DNA from: a virus
IMG/VR virus record: IMGVR_UViG_3300027852_000041
Reading direction: 5' to 3' (one strand)
Length of the DNA stretch: 64,000 bases
Shown: positions 25,063-33,175 of the stretch, piece by piece
Layout: every line of letters starts with the position of its first letter
How positions within the stretch are numbered: position 1 is the stretch's first letter
Notes under the pieces: generated by a model
Seen by the model: the letters and a program-made list of their open reading frames with translations, nothing else
The model's database searches: none
Told to the model about the DNA's origin: nothing
Translations under genes and position numbers: made by a program

Positions 25063-26388
25063 ATGGAAATTATTGAATTGCAGGTAGAAAATGTAAAAAG
25101 AATAAACGCCCTTACTATCAAGCCCACCGAGGCGGTAGTAGAAATTACCGGTAAAAATGAACAAGGGAAAAGTTCAACACTCGATAGCATTCTTTTTGCC
25201 CTGGGCGGTAAGGGGAAAATCGGGGATATGCCTCTCAGGAAAGGAAAAGATAAAGGGGAAGTCTTGATAGTTCTGGGGGATAACGGTATCCCAAAATACC
25301 GGGTATCCCGAACATTTACAAAGGCGGGCAAAAGTACCTTAAAGGTTGAAAGTGCCGATGGAGCAACTTTTAAATCTCCACAGTCCTTGATTGACTCATT
25401 CAAAGAGGACGTAGCTTTCAACCCTGAAGATTTTGCCAATGCGGATGAAACCACCCAAAGGAGAATGCTTTTCAGCGTTTCCGAAGTCAATCTTGATACG
25501 GAAAAATTAAAAAGTTTGTCCGGGGTTACTGCTACCGGGGATGATCCCCTTGCCATAATCCAGAACACCTACAGGGTAGTTTATAACAACAGAACTCTTG
25601 CCGGCCATAGCCTGAAAAATGCGAAAAGTCTTGTTGAATCATCCCCGGAAGTAAAAAAAATTGCCCCCGTTAGTTCTGCGGAACTTTTGAAGGAAAGGAA
25701 AGAGATTGAGGAAAGAATTTGGGAGGTAGCCGAGCAAAAAGAACACCTTGTTGACTTAAGGAACTCTGAAGCAGAGGGAAAAGAAGAGGCAACTGCTTTA
25801 AGGCAAAAGATTGAAGCATTGGAAAAAGAATTAGGGGAAAATGAAGCGAACCAAGTTCCTTTGGCTGAAAAGGTTAAAGCCCAAGAGAAAAAAATAGCAG
25901 CTTACCCCAAATATTCGCTCGCCGAAATAGACGAAAAAATCAATAACGCCGATGCCGTCAACCAGCAAGCCAGAGATTATGAAACCCGGCAGGCAAAGGT
26001 TGCTGAGTTGGCAAAACAGCAAAAGGCATGGGATGCCTATACTGAAAAACTCATGGGTATCAAAGACTATGAGCAAGAAGTTATTGCTTCCGCAAAATTC
26101 CCTATTCCAAAGCTGGGATTTGATGAAAGCGGAGTTACACTGGAGGGCATCCCTCTGAATCAAAGAGGGGAATCAAAAAAGATTCTGTTGGGAATGACTA
26201 TTTTGTCAGCCCTTAATCCTAAATTAAGAATAATCTTAATCCGGGCCGGGAATGATTTTGACTCGGAAACGAAAACTAAAATATTCGCATGGGCAAGACA
26301 AAACAATTTTCAGGTCTGGATTGAGCGGGTAGCAGATAAAAAAGAAGGAGTTTGTTTTTATATTGAAGATGGGGCGGTGTCCTCGTAA
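25063..26388 (+). CDS. SMC/RecF/SbcC-like AAA ATPase with a central coiled coil
   Basis: 441 aa. Walker A ITGKNEQGKSS. Long E/K-rich coiled coil. C-terminal LRIILIRAGNDFD is Walker B/D-loop-like. Confidence 0.7.
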   Translation: MEIIELQVENVKRINALTIKPTEAVVEITGKNEQGKSSTLDSILFALGGKGKIGDMPLRKGKDKGEVLIVLGDNGIPKYRVSRTFTKAGKSTLKVESADGATFKSPQSLIDSFKEDVAFNPEDFANADETTQRRMLFSVSEVNLDTEKLKSLSGVTATGDDPLAIIQNTYRVVYNNRTLAGHSLKNAKSLVESSPEVKKIAPVSSAELLKERKEIEERIWEVAEQKEHLVDLRNSEAEGKEEATALRQKIEALEKELGENEANQVPLAEKVKAQEKKIAAYPKYSLAEIDEKINNADAVNQQARDYETRQAKVAELAKQQKAWDAYTEKLMGIKDYEQEVIASAKFPIPKLGFDESGVTLEGIPLNQRGESKKILLGMTILSALNPKLRIILIRAGNDFDSETKTKIFAWARQNNFQVWIERVADKKEGVCFYIEDGAVSS

Positions 26389-26407
26389 ATAGAAAGGAGT
26401 TAATCGG

Positions 26408-26545
26408 ATGTTACACGAAAACATACCCTTTCCTGAATGCTCTAATATTTGCAATGTGGTAAAGTATTTTGGAGTCTGTGAATGCGAATCAATTTGTCCT
26501 GCCAAGTTCGACGAAAATGGCGACCCTATTGACAAAATTGATTAA
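26408..26545 (+). CDS. 45-aa Cys-rich peptide
   Basis: Own translation MLHENIPFPECSNICNVVKYFGVCECESICPAKFDENGDPIDKID. RBS AAAGGAG. Confidence 0.45.
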   Translation: MLHENIPFPECSNICNVVKYFGVCECESICPAKFDENGDPIDKID

Positions 26546-26571
26546 ACTTTTTTAAGAATTGACCCCGCCTG

Positions 26572-26597
26572 CCGGCTGGCGGTAATAGCCGGTTTTT
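26572..26597 (+). terminator. Rho-independent terminator candidate
   Basis: CCGGCT (26572..26577) / AGCCGG (26587..26592) with a 9-nt loop, followed by TTTTT (26593..26597). Confidence 0.5.
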
Positions 26598-26683
26598 CTC
26601 CCTCCTGTTTTGCGGGTTTCCAGGAGCTAAGAACCAAATCCGCGAAAACTTTTTTAGTAATCTTATATAAAAGGAGCTTTAAA

Positions 26684-26881
26684 ATGGGTGAAAAGAAAAG
26701 ACCAGAAAATTGCACTGAAGAACATCTCAAATATTTGGATGACCTCAGAGATAGTGGCATTACCAATATGCTTGGGGCAAGACCATATTTATTGAAGGCA
26801 TTCCCCGAATTATCCAAGAAAGATGCTTTAGATATTTTAAATTATTGGATGGATTCTTTCTCCGAAAGACATCCAGCATAA
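26684..26881 (+). CDS. Hypothetical protein
   Basis: 65 aa. RBS AAGGAG. Confidence 0.55.
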   Translation: MGEKKRPENCTEEHLKYLDDLRDSGITNMLGARPYLLKAFPELSKKDALDILNYWMDSFSERHPA

Positions 26882-26934
26882 CCAAACTAATTTTTTAAAA
26901 CTTAGAAAACAAATTGAGAAAGGGGTATAATACT

Positions 26935-27150
26935 ATGACTGTTGCAGAACAAAGAGAAGCTATTTACATTGCAGAAAGAGAAATCGAGACAGCACTGGAC
27001 AAATTGAGAAAAACTGCACGGATAAATGCAGACGAGATTAAAATCCAGGCACTCCTTGATGATAACATGGATGAAATACCAGTGATTAAAGTTAATGTCA
27101 TTCTTTCCAAAATAACGCCTTCTGCCTTAACCCCCGGCAAGAAAGGATAA
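26935..27150 (+). CDS. Hypothetical protein
   Basis: 71 aa from ATG 26935. The track start at 26914 is TTG. Confidence 0.45.
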   Translation: MTVAEQREAIYIAEREIETALDKLRKTARINADEIKIQALLDDNMDEIPVIKVNVILSKITPSALTPGKKG

Positions 27151-27154
27151 CCAA

Positions 27155-27355
27155 ATGGAATGGCTAAGTATTGAAAAAGATGGACCCCCGAAAACAAACC
27201 GGAGAGTATTAACATATTCTGAATGCTATGCTGGCAAACCAGAATTGGCTTTTAGGATTATTGATGGGCAATTTGTTCGTATTTGCCCAGAGGTTACACT
27301 TTATTTTTATTTACAGGAACCGGGGAGGCTACAACAAGAAAGGAAACCAAAATGA
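27155..27355 (+). CDS. Hypothetical protein
   Basis: 66 aa. RBS AAAGGA. Confidence 0.45.
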   Translation: MEWLSIEKDGPPKTNRRVLTYSECYAGKPELAFRIIDGQFVRICPEVTLYFYLQEPGRLQQERKPK

Positions 27356-27576
27356 TAATAGAACTTTGCCGAACAGGAATAGAAATCTTGCCTGAAAATG
27401 AGCAGGATGTATGTTATATCAATGATACTTTAGGACTCACAAAACCAGGGGATTCACTGGAAATTATTAGGTATCACAACAATTTTATGGGGATAAAGCA
27501 GGAGGAAGAAAAACCGGGCCTTAAAAAATGCAGTGAAAGTTACGGGCTATGTTTGGGCGTTAGGATAGATAACTAA
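27352..27576 (+). CDS. Hypothetical protein
   Basis: 74 aa from ATG 27352 (ATGA overlap with the upstream stop). Confidence 0.45.
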   Translation: MIIELCRTGIEILPENEQDVCYINDTLGLTKPGDSLEIIRYHNNFMGIKQEEEKPGLKKCSESYGLCLGVRIDN

Positions 27577-27605
27577 GCAAGGCAACAAGAAAGGATAATT
27601 GCGAA

Positions 27606-27758
27606 ATGAATGAAAAAATGTCGCTATCAGAAGATTTACAATATTGGCGCATCGAAAGACCGGATGAATGGATAATGGATAGATTTATTCGTAAGGCAAA
27701 AAAACTTGAGTTACTGGTTAAGCAACAACAGAGAATAATAGAAAGGAAATCAAAATGA
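27606..27758 (+). CDS. 50-aa hypothetical protein
   Basis: Own translation MNEKMSLSEDLQYWRIERPDEWIMDRFIRKAKKLELLVKQQQRIIERKSK. Its stop overlaps the dcd start. Confidence 0.4.
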   Translation: MNEKMSLSEDLQYWRIERPDEWIMDRFIRKAKKLELLVKQQQRIIERKSK

Positions 27759-28318
27759 TCTCCGATAAAGAAATTTTAAAAGTTTTAAAAGATGGCCGAA
27801 TAATCATTGAACCTTTTCAACAAATAAACCTTGGTACCAATAGTTACGATGTGACTTTAGGGTCAAACACTTATGTGCCCAATAATTCAGTGCGTATAGT
27901 AGATTTATGGAGTAAGGAAGATTGCACTGATTTTTGGACGTATAAAAAATCAGAATCAGTTGTTACAGTATTTCCCGGAGAAACTATTTTAGGACATACT
28001 CAGGAAATTGTGGGTTGTTTGAGAGATTATACAACTCAAATGTTTGCCCGTTCTTCTATTGCCAGATGTGGTGTATCCGTTTGCAAATGTGCTGGACTCG
28101 GTGATGTTGGATTCGTTAATCATTGGACAATGGAAATAACAAATCATTTATCTGTTCCAGTATCTTTAAGAGTAGGGATGAGGATAGCACAAATTACTTT
28201 TGAATTTGTTGGACCAACAAAAAATATTTATATGGGTAAATACAAATCGGATTGCCAAAATTGGGAACCAAGTGATATGCTTCCTAAATTGTGGTTAGAT
28301 AGAGAACTTTCTTTATAA
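27755..28318 (+). CDS. dcd: dCTP deaminase family protein (dUTPase-fold)
   Basis: 187 aa. ARSSIARCG matches the GRSSLARLG motif of Dcd. WTMEITN matches the catalytic-Glu strand. The N-terminal I...L.DGRI.I.P layout is also conserved. Confidence 0.8.
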   Translation: MISDKEILKVLKDGRIIIEPFQQINLGTNSYDVTLGSNTYVPNNSVRIVDLWSKEDCTDFWTYKKSESVVTVFPGETILGHTQEIVGCLRDYTTQMFARSSIARCGVSVCKCAGLGDVGFVNHWTMEITNHLSVPVSLRVGMRIAQITFEFVGPTKNIYMGKYKSDCQNWEPSDMLPKLWLDRELSL

Positions 28319-28331
28319 AAGGAAACTAAAA

Positions 28332-28457
28332 ATGACAACCTACAGAAAAATAGCTAAAGCATGGGAAAACTTTGAGTTGAACAGGTATCTTGACAGGATA
28401 GACAGGGAAGAAGCAGAGGAGGAAATGGAGGACTATGAAGACGAATATGAGGATTAA
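28332..28457 (+). CDS. 41-aa acidic peptide
   Basis: Own translation MTTYRKIAKAWENFELNRYLDRIDREEAEEEMEDYEDEYED. Weak RBS. Confidence 0.35.
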   Translation: MTTYRKIAKAWENFELNRYLDRIDREEAEEEMEDYEDEYED

Positions 28458-28662
28458 ATCCGGTATGTTTCTGAAAAAACTCCGTGATATTTTTATGGAG
28501 CCGATATCAGAAGGTGAATTGTGGACCCGGCATGGAGTAGCCACAAAGACGATATTCCTGGAAGAGGAAAAGAGGCGGGCATTTCTGGCAAGGGAGAGGG
28601 GGGCGGTCTCGGAATATGAAACTTACCGGGAGTGGAAAAAGAGTTTGGTAAAAACATTATAA
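28435..28662 (+). CDS. Hypothetical protein
   Basis: 75 aa. RBS GGAGGA. Confidence 0.5.
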   Translation: MKTNMRIKSGMFLKKLRDIFMEPISEGELWTRHGVATKTIFLEEEKRRAFLARERGAVSEYETYREWKKSLVKTL

Positions 28663-28674
28663 AGAAAGGAACCC

Positions 28675-28857
28675 ATGACGCAGAACGAATTATATGAGTA
28701 TATAAAAAATAAAAAGTATCTTTGCCATCTCTGCCAAAATTTGAGAAAAGAGGTAATTTTATACGGACTGGAAGCGATTAAAAATTACAAGGGTATGGCT
28801 TGCAAGGGCATAGAGGATATGCAAATTAAGTTTTCAGAGGTGACGGATAATCCTTGA
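28675..28857 (+). CDS. Hypothetical protein
   Basis: 60 aa. RBS AAAGGAA. Confidence 0.45.
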   Translation: MTQNELYEYIKNKKYLCHLCQNLRKEVILYGLEAIKNYKGMACKGIEDMQIKFSEVTDNP

Positions 28858-29063
28858 ATTTATTTTAATAAAGGAGATTAAGCTATAAAACTTGAAGAAG
28901 CAGAAAAAGTGTTAGGTTCTATAATACAAGATAATGGTAATCTGGATTCCCTGGAATGGCATTTTAGCTGGGCATTCGGGGATGAGGAAGCAAATCTTGA
29001 TGGTCCTTTTACAGCAGAAGTGTTAGAAGCAATCGCCTGTTGGATGAAAAGTAAAACAGGGAG

Positions 29064-29102
29064 TTAATGCCCCGCTTGGAAGAGTGGGGGCGTTAATATT
29101 AT
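29064..29102 (+). promoter_or_regulatory. Hairpin + AATATTAT box element, divergent copy D
   Basis: TTAATGCCCC (29064..29073) pairs with GGGGCGTTAA (29087..29096), including one G-U pair. The loop contains GGAAGAG. AATATTAT at 29095..29102. It lies 17 nt upstream of ATG 29119. Confidence 0.4.
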
Positions 29103-29118
29103 CTATTAGGAGGTAATT

Positions 29119-29373
29119 ATGAAAGAAAATACGGGTGAGATTTTACAAAGATTATACGATTCAGAAATACACTTAAGAATTGGTTGGATGTGGGACGGTG
29201 GTCTCGAATATTCAGTGGGGTCAACAAGTAACGATATTTGGGATTCAAATTTTAATAAAGCTGAGATTGTTTACACCGGCAAAGCAAATTTGGCAGACGG
29301 AATCGAAGAAATGGCGAATGCTATTGCTGCCGAATATCCTAAGTCGGCGTTTGCTGAGTGGTGGAACGAATAA
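29119..29373 (+). CDS. Hypothetical protein
   Basis: 84 aa. RBS AGGAGG. Confidence 0.55.
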   Translation: MKENTGEILQRLYDSEIHLRIGWMWDGGLEYSVGSTSNDIWDSNFNKAEIVYTGKANLADGIEEMANAIAAEYPKSAFAEWWNE

Positions 29374-29400
29374 TAGAACCTAGGAGAAAGGAGATTAAAC

Positions 29401-29601
29401 ATGGCGGACAAAGAAATAATTGAAACTTTAGTGCTGATAATGGAAAAAATGGAAGAGGGTGTAAAGAATTTTGACAGGCGTCCCTTCGACAGGGATGCCG
29501 TTGCTGAAGGTTTAGGGGGCCTTGGAGCAGCTATATCCGCATTGGCTCTTATCATAATCTCAAGGATAGAGAAAGGAGACCCAAATGCAAAATTGGCTTG
29601 A
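29401..29601 (+). CDS. Hypothetical protein
   Basis: 66 aa. RBS AAGGAG. Confidence 0.5.
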   Translation: MADKEIIETLVLIMEKMEEGVKNFDRRPFDRDAVAEGLGGLGAAISALALIIISRIEKGDPNAKLA

Positions 29602-29851
29602 AAAACACCATAAAGCTGGTGATAAATTATTTCGTATCCCCCTCCATTTACGTGAATTAGCACAAGCTTTTTCAATAGTCGGGAATGATGTTGTCGGAGA
29701 AAAGCTTCATGAAATTGCTGATATAATTGAAAAAAGCAGGGAAGAAATGAACCAAGCGGTAGGACAGTCAATTAATGAGGCGATTGAAAATTCACAGAAA
29801 ACTACTGCTGTGATGTTTGAATCTGTATTGAAGAAGGAGCTAAACCAATGA
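29585..29851 (+). CDS. Hypothetical protein
   Basis: 88 aa. RBS AAGGAG. Confidence 0.5.
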   Translation: MQNWLEKHHKAGDKLFRIPLHLRELAQAFSIVGNDVVGEKLHEIADIIEKSREEMNQAVGQSINEAIENSQKTTAVMFESVLKKELNQ

Positions 29852-30156
29852 ATCTAATCCCAAGAATTACCTTGTTTTGCCTCAGTCTTTTTATAGCTTC
29901 CTGGTTTATTCTGGGGTGCGCTACTATCCCCCCCAGAGTTTATGAACTGGATGACATTAATCTTACTGTTGTTGTTTCCGATAGCCCCGGATATCTCAAG
30001 AAATGCTGCGGAAGCGCGCCGGGTTGCCGGGTCCAGGGTTGCTGGGATTCCCGGAATAGAGTTCTATACACGAAGCCCGATTTTGAAACTTTCCTCCATG
30101 AGCTACGACATGCGGGGGGAGAACATCATTATGGGAAATTGAATTTTAATGATTAA
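29848..30156 (+). CDS. Small lipoprotein with an HExxH motif
   Basis: 102 aa. Lipobox-like FILGC after a hydrophobic N-terminus. HELRH near the C-terminus, followed by GGEHH. Confidence 0.55.
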   Translation: MNLIPRITLFCLSLFIASWFILGCATIPPRVYELDDINLTVVVSDSPGYLKKCCGSAPGCRVQGCWDSRNRVLYTKPDFETFLHELRHAGGEHHYGKLNFND

Positions 30157-30174
30157 AAATTAAGGAGATTTAAA

Positions 30175-30363
30175 ATGGCGTTAGAAAATGTTGAAGTTCC
30201 ACTTTATATTTTGCCAGTGTCAGACGAAAAACGTAGATTAATCGTCAATGAACTTGCGGGACGAATCCAGCTAACCATTGAAAGAGAGGGCAAGGAAGAA
30301 ATAACCATCGCATTTTTTTTTGATAATCTTGAGTTGGCGTGGAATGCGGTAAAGCGTTCTTAA
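30175..30363 (+). CDS. Hypothetical protein
   Basis: 62 aa. RBS AAGGAG. Confidence 0.5.
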   Translation: MALENVEVPLYILPVSDEKRRLIVNELAGRIQLTIEREGKEEITIAFFFDNLELAWNAVKRS

Positions 30364-30391
30364 TTTTGTTGATTAAAAAGTAAAAAAATGC

Positions 30392-30419
30392 TTGACATTC
30401 TGTAATTAACTGTTATAAT
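30392..30419 (+). promoter_or_regulatory. Consensus sigma70-type promoter with extended -10
   Basis: TTGACA at 30392..30397, 16-nt spacer ending in TGT, TATAAT at 30414..30419. It lies upstream of the replication module. Confidence 0.7.
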
Positions 30420-30446
30420 TATGTTTATTTACAGAAAGGAAATCCA

Positions 30447-30617
30447 ATGGAAACGAAAGAGTTAATCTCGCACTACCAGGCCGCTAAAATATTAGAAGTC
30501 AGCCCTCCTACAGTTTACCGCTTAACTGATAGGCGAATCCTCAAGCTTTACCCTGTGGGAAAGGGGAATTTTTTGGATAAAAAAGAAGTTGAAGCGTATA
30601 AAAATGCAAAAAGCTAA
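30447..30617 (+). CDS. Excisionase/MerR-type HTH protein
   Basis: Own translation METKELISHYQAAKILEVSPPTVYRLTDRRILKLYPVGKGNFLDKKEVEAYKNAKS (56 aa). RBS AAAGGAAA. Confidence 0.6.
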   Translation: METKELISHYQAAKILEVSPPTVYRLTDRRILKLYPVGKGNFLDKKEVEAYKNAKS

Positions 30618-31440
30618 TCCAATCCCCTGGTTTTCTAAAATAACAACGGATGAGTATAATGAAGCATTCCAGTTTTTACAACAGGCAGATGGCCTGTATT
30701 GGAAAGTTCTTATGGCTGCACAAGCAAGAGCAAGCAGGAAAAATAATAAATTAACCGGATTAGATGAATGTGAGTTTTATCTTTCCCAAACGGAAACGAG
30801 GTCTTTTGGGTTGGAAGATTCTCAACACGGGAAACTGTATCGGGTGATAAAACACTTGGTAAAATTAAATTTCTTGTCAAAAGTAGGTAACAAAACAGGT
30901 AGCAAAAATGCTGCCGTATATCGTTTGAATAAAGGCTTTATGGGGCTTTTAGATTTTCAAATAGGTAGCGAAACAGATATCAAACAGGTAGCAGGCAGGT
31001 ATCAAACAGGTAGCAGGCAGGTAGAAAATAAGAATGTATTAGAGTGCAAAAGAGTGAATAAGAATGATCAGACAAAAGAAAAAAAAGAAATTAAAAAAGA
31101 AAAAGAAATTTTAATTTTACCAGATTTTTTAGATGAAAAACTTTGGAATGATTTTATAAATTTTCGTATCAGTATAAAAGCTAAGATGACTCATAAAGCC
31201 AAAGAACTTGCCATTAAAAAATTAACCGGTTTTCATGAGCAAGGTGAAAACATCTCCGGCATAATAGAGCAAAGCATAATGAACGGGTATAAGGGACTTT
31301 TCTTAGTAAATAAAGGAAATAACAATGGACGAAATTCAAGCAGCGCAGGATCGACTAGAGAAGAAGCGGGGAAAGCTCAAAGTGATGACGAACCCTACCC
31401 CGCACCTGAAGTCTTCCCAGCCGATGAAGGTTATTCTTGA
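30604..31440 (+). CDS. Replication organiser/initiator-like protein (wHTH N-domain + DnaD/phage-Rep-like C-domain)
   Basis: 278 aa from ATG 30604. C-terminal FLDEKLWNDFINFRISIKAKMTHKAKELAIKKL...IIEQSIMNGYKGLF is typical of phage replication-organiser C-domains. Iterons lie inside the gene. A DnaC-like gene follows. Confidence 0.55.
   Translation: MQKANPIPWFSKITTDEYNEAFQFLQQADGLYWKVLMAAQARASRKNNKLTGLDECEFYLSQTETRSFGLEDSQHGKLYRVIKHLVKLNFLSKVGNKTGSKNAAVYRLNKGFMGLLDFQIGSETDIKQVAGRYQTGSRQVENKNVLECKRVNKNDQTKEKKEIKKEKEILILPDFLDEKLWNDFINFRISIKAKMTHKAKELAIKKLTGFHEQGENISGIIEQSIMNGYKGLFLVNKGNNNGRNSSSAGSTREEAGKAQSDDEPYPAPEVFPADEGYS
30979..31022 (+). repeat. Perfect 22-bp tandem duplication ATCAAACAGGTAGCAGGCAGGT x2, within a wider AGGTAGC iteron cluster (30883..31024)
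   Basis: Units at 30979..31000 and 31001..31022. Further AGGTAGC cores lie at 30897..30903 and 30963..30969, and AGGTAAC at about 30884. Confidence 0.8.
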
Positions 31441-32248
31441 TCCTATTATGGGTGAAACTTGTCACCACCATGTCCCTATCGCGATAGAATGTGGCAAGTG
31501 TAAGAGGGAGGAAGCGATTCTTAAATTACCAGAGGATCACCCGGTTTGTATCCACGGGGAACCTGAAGGACTTTGCGCTACCTGCGATGCACTGGCAAAA
31601 CAGGCAGAGATGGAGGAAAGGGATAGAGGGGAAATTGAAAGACAAACAAAATTAGAACTTGCCCGGATAGCGGGGCTTAAAGAAAATCCGGAAACAAAAT
31701 TAAGAGAATGCGGAATCCCTAAAAAATACCTCTTTTCTTCTTTTGAAAACTTCGCCGGCAATAATAAATTAATCGAAGGGTGCAAGGAATACCAGTCTGA
31801 AGGGTTAGTTTTAACCGGCAAAACAGGTGGAGGCAAAACGCACCTGGCAGTGGCAATTTTAAGGGACATGGTTAGAAATGACAAAATTACCGAAGCCGGA
31901 TTCATAACGATCCCGGATTTGCTGATGAAAATCAGAGCATCTTTTAAGGATGATGCACAGGAAACAGAAGAAGAAATTGTTGACTTTTACTCTAAGGTTC
32001 CTTTCCTGATCTTAGACGACCTGGGGAGTGAAAAAACTACAGATTTTGCTATTACTACCCTGTATATCATTATTGATCGCCGTGACAGGGAACTACTCTC
32101 AACTATCATTACCACGAATTTAAGTTTGCTGGACATTGAAAAAAAACTGGACGCTCGGATCGCCTCAAGATTGGCGGGGATGAAAAATATCAAAGTTGAT
32201 ATGGCGGATTACCGGAAAATTAAGAAAGCAGTTGGAGCAAAAGGGTAA
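31325..32248 (+). CDS. DnaC/IstB-like AAA+ helicase loader
   Basis: Walker A LTGKTGGGKTHLAVAI, Walker B FLILDDLGSE. The N-terminus has CxxC pairs. The start is uncertain because ATG 31325 overlaps the upstream gene by 116 nt. Confidence 0.75.
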   Translation: MDEIQAAQDRLEKKRGKLKVMTNPTPHLKSSQPMKVILDPIMGETCHHHVPIAIECGKCKREEAILKLPEDHPVCIHGEPEGLCATCDALAKQAEMEERDRGEIERQTKLELARIAGLKENPETKLRECGIPKKYLFSSFENFAGNNKLIEGCKEYQSEGLVLTGKTGGGKTHLAVAILRDMVRNDKITEAGFITIPDLLMKIRASFKDDAQETEEEIVDFYSKVPFLILDDLGSEKTTDFAITTLYIIIDRRDRELLSTIITTNLSLLDIEKKLDARIASRLAGMKNIKVDMADYRKIKKAVGAKG

Positions 32249-32279
32249 GAGAATCTAAGGAAGAGGGAGTAGAAACAAA

Positions 32280-32930
32280 TTGAGCATAAAAGATACATAT
32301 CGTGTACAGAGTATAAAAAAGGAAGAATGCAAAGAATGGTTCTTGCATAAACATTATGCCCATCGTATGGCAAATATTATTTATGCTTTTGGTTTGTATT
32401 GTAGTAACGTCCTTTGTGGGGTGTGCTCTTTTGGCCCGGCTCCAAATATAAACACAAACAATATCGTTGGTGACGTGAAGGTTTATGAACTGAATAGGCT
32501 TGTAATAAACCAGGATACGCCCAAGAACACATTGTCATTTTTTGTTTCAAAAGCATTGATTTCGCTTCCTACACCAACCTGTATAATTTCATACGCAGAC
32601 ACGGGAAGAGGGCATCACGGGTACATTTATCAAGCAACGAATTGGATATATACTGGAGAAAGTTCCCCAGGGGGTGCCACCGAATTTGAAAAAGATGGAA
32701 TAATTTATCACGCACGAAATCTTTATGGTGAAAATTATGATAAAAATAAATTTATGTTTACGCCAATTCCAAGAAGCCCAAAACACAGATATTTTTACTT
32801 TTTAGGTAGCAAAAAACAGAAAAAAGAAATGTTGTCTAAGCTACCTTTCGCCGTGTTGCCATATCCGAAAGGCGATAATAAACGATATGACGCAAGTTAT
32901 GAGGTTAGGACTCAACTATCTTTGTTGTAG
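32280..32930 (+). CDS. Mom-like GNAT-fold protein (candidate DNA-modification acyltransferase)
   Basis: 216 aa. The block CIISYADTGRGHHGYIYQATNWIYTG, together with YELNRLVI and KNTLSFFVSKAL, matches my recollection of the Mom adenine-modification family. TTG start. Confidence 0.5.
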   Translation: MSIKDTYRVQSIKKEECKEWFLHKHYAHRMANIIYAFGLYCSNVLCGVCSFGPAPNINTNNIVGDVKVYELNRLVINQDTPKNTLSFFVSKALISLPTPTCIISYADTGRGHHGYIYQATNWIYTGESSPGGATEFEKDGIIYHARNLYGENYDKNKFMFTPIPRSPKHRYFYFLGSKKQKKEMLSKLPFAVLPYPKGDNKRYDASYEVRTQLSLL

Positions 32931-32944
32931 TCCTAACCTCATAA
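32897..32944 (+). other. 16-bp perfect hairpin spanning the stop codon of the Mom-like gene
   Basis: TTATGAGGTTAGGACT (32897..32912) / AGTCCTAACCTCATAA (32929..32944). The 16-nt loop contains the TAG stop. No U-tract follows. Confidence 0.8.
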
Positions 32945-33128
32945 CAAAAGGTTATCAGGAGTCCCTTTATGACTGAAAACGAGTTTGACAGATGCTTCGA
33001 AAAATTATGCAAACGTTGGGGTAAGAAATTCAATGAAGGCCAAGCGGAAATTTACTAATGGCAGAAACAGCAAAAGTAATCCTACTTAAAGGGAATCAAG
33101 GGGCTTAGGCTACCATAACAAATCGTCA

Positions 33129-33169
33129 AAGCGGACGGGGGAAGATTCCACCGCTTAACTTAATATTAT
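33129..33169 (+). promoter_or_regulatory. Hairpin + AATATTAT box element, copy C
   Basis: Stem AAGCGG (33129..33134) / CCGCTT (33151..33156). The loop ACGGGGGAAGATTCCA is homologous to the loops of copies A and B. AATATTAT at 33162..33169. Confidence 0.5.
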
Positions 33170-33175
33170 AAAAAT

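Noticed and set aside
26542-26817. 91-aa minus-strand ORF in the plus-strand early block.
   Set aside because: It is antisense to a well-supported plus-strand gene and terminator, it has no RBS, and it is isolated on the wrong strand.
26926-26937. TATAAT box 3 nt upstream of ATG 26935, considered as a leaderless-mRNA promoter.
   Set aside because: The expected transcription start would fall at or after the ATG, and no convincing -35 is present.
28886-29067. About 60-codon open frame (IKLEEAEKVLGSIIQDNGNLDSLEWHFSWAFGDEEANLDGPFTAEVLEAIACWMKSKTGS) following a good RBS.
   Set aside because: There is no ATG/GTG/TTG at the expected distance. The first codons are GCT ATA, and the first GTG is nine codons further in. 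It may be a real gene with a non-canonical start, but I could not support the coordinates.
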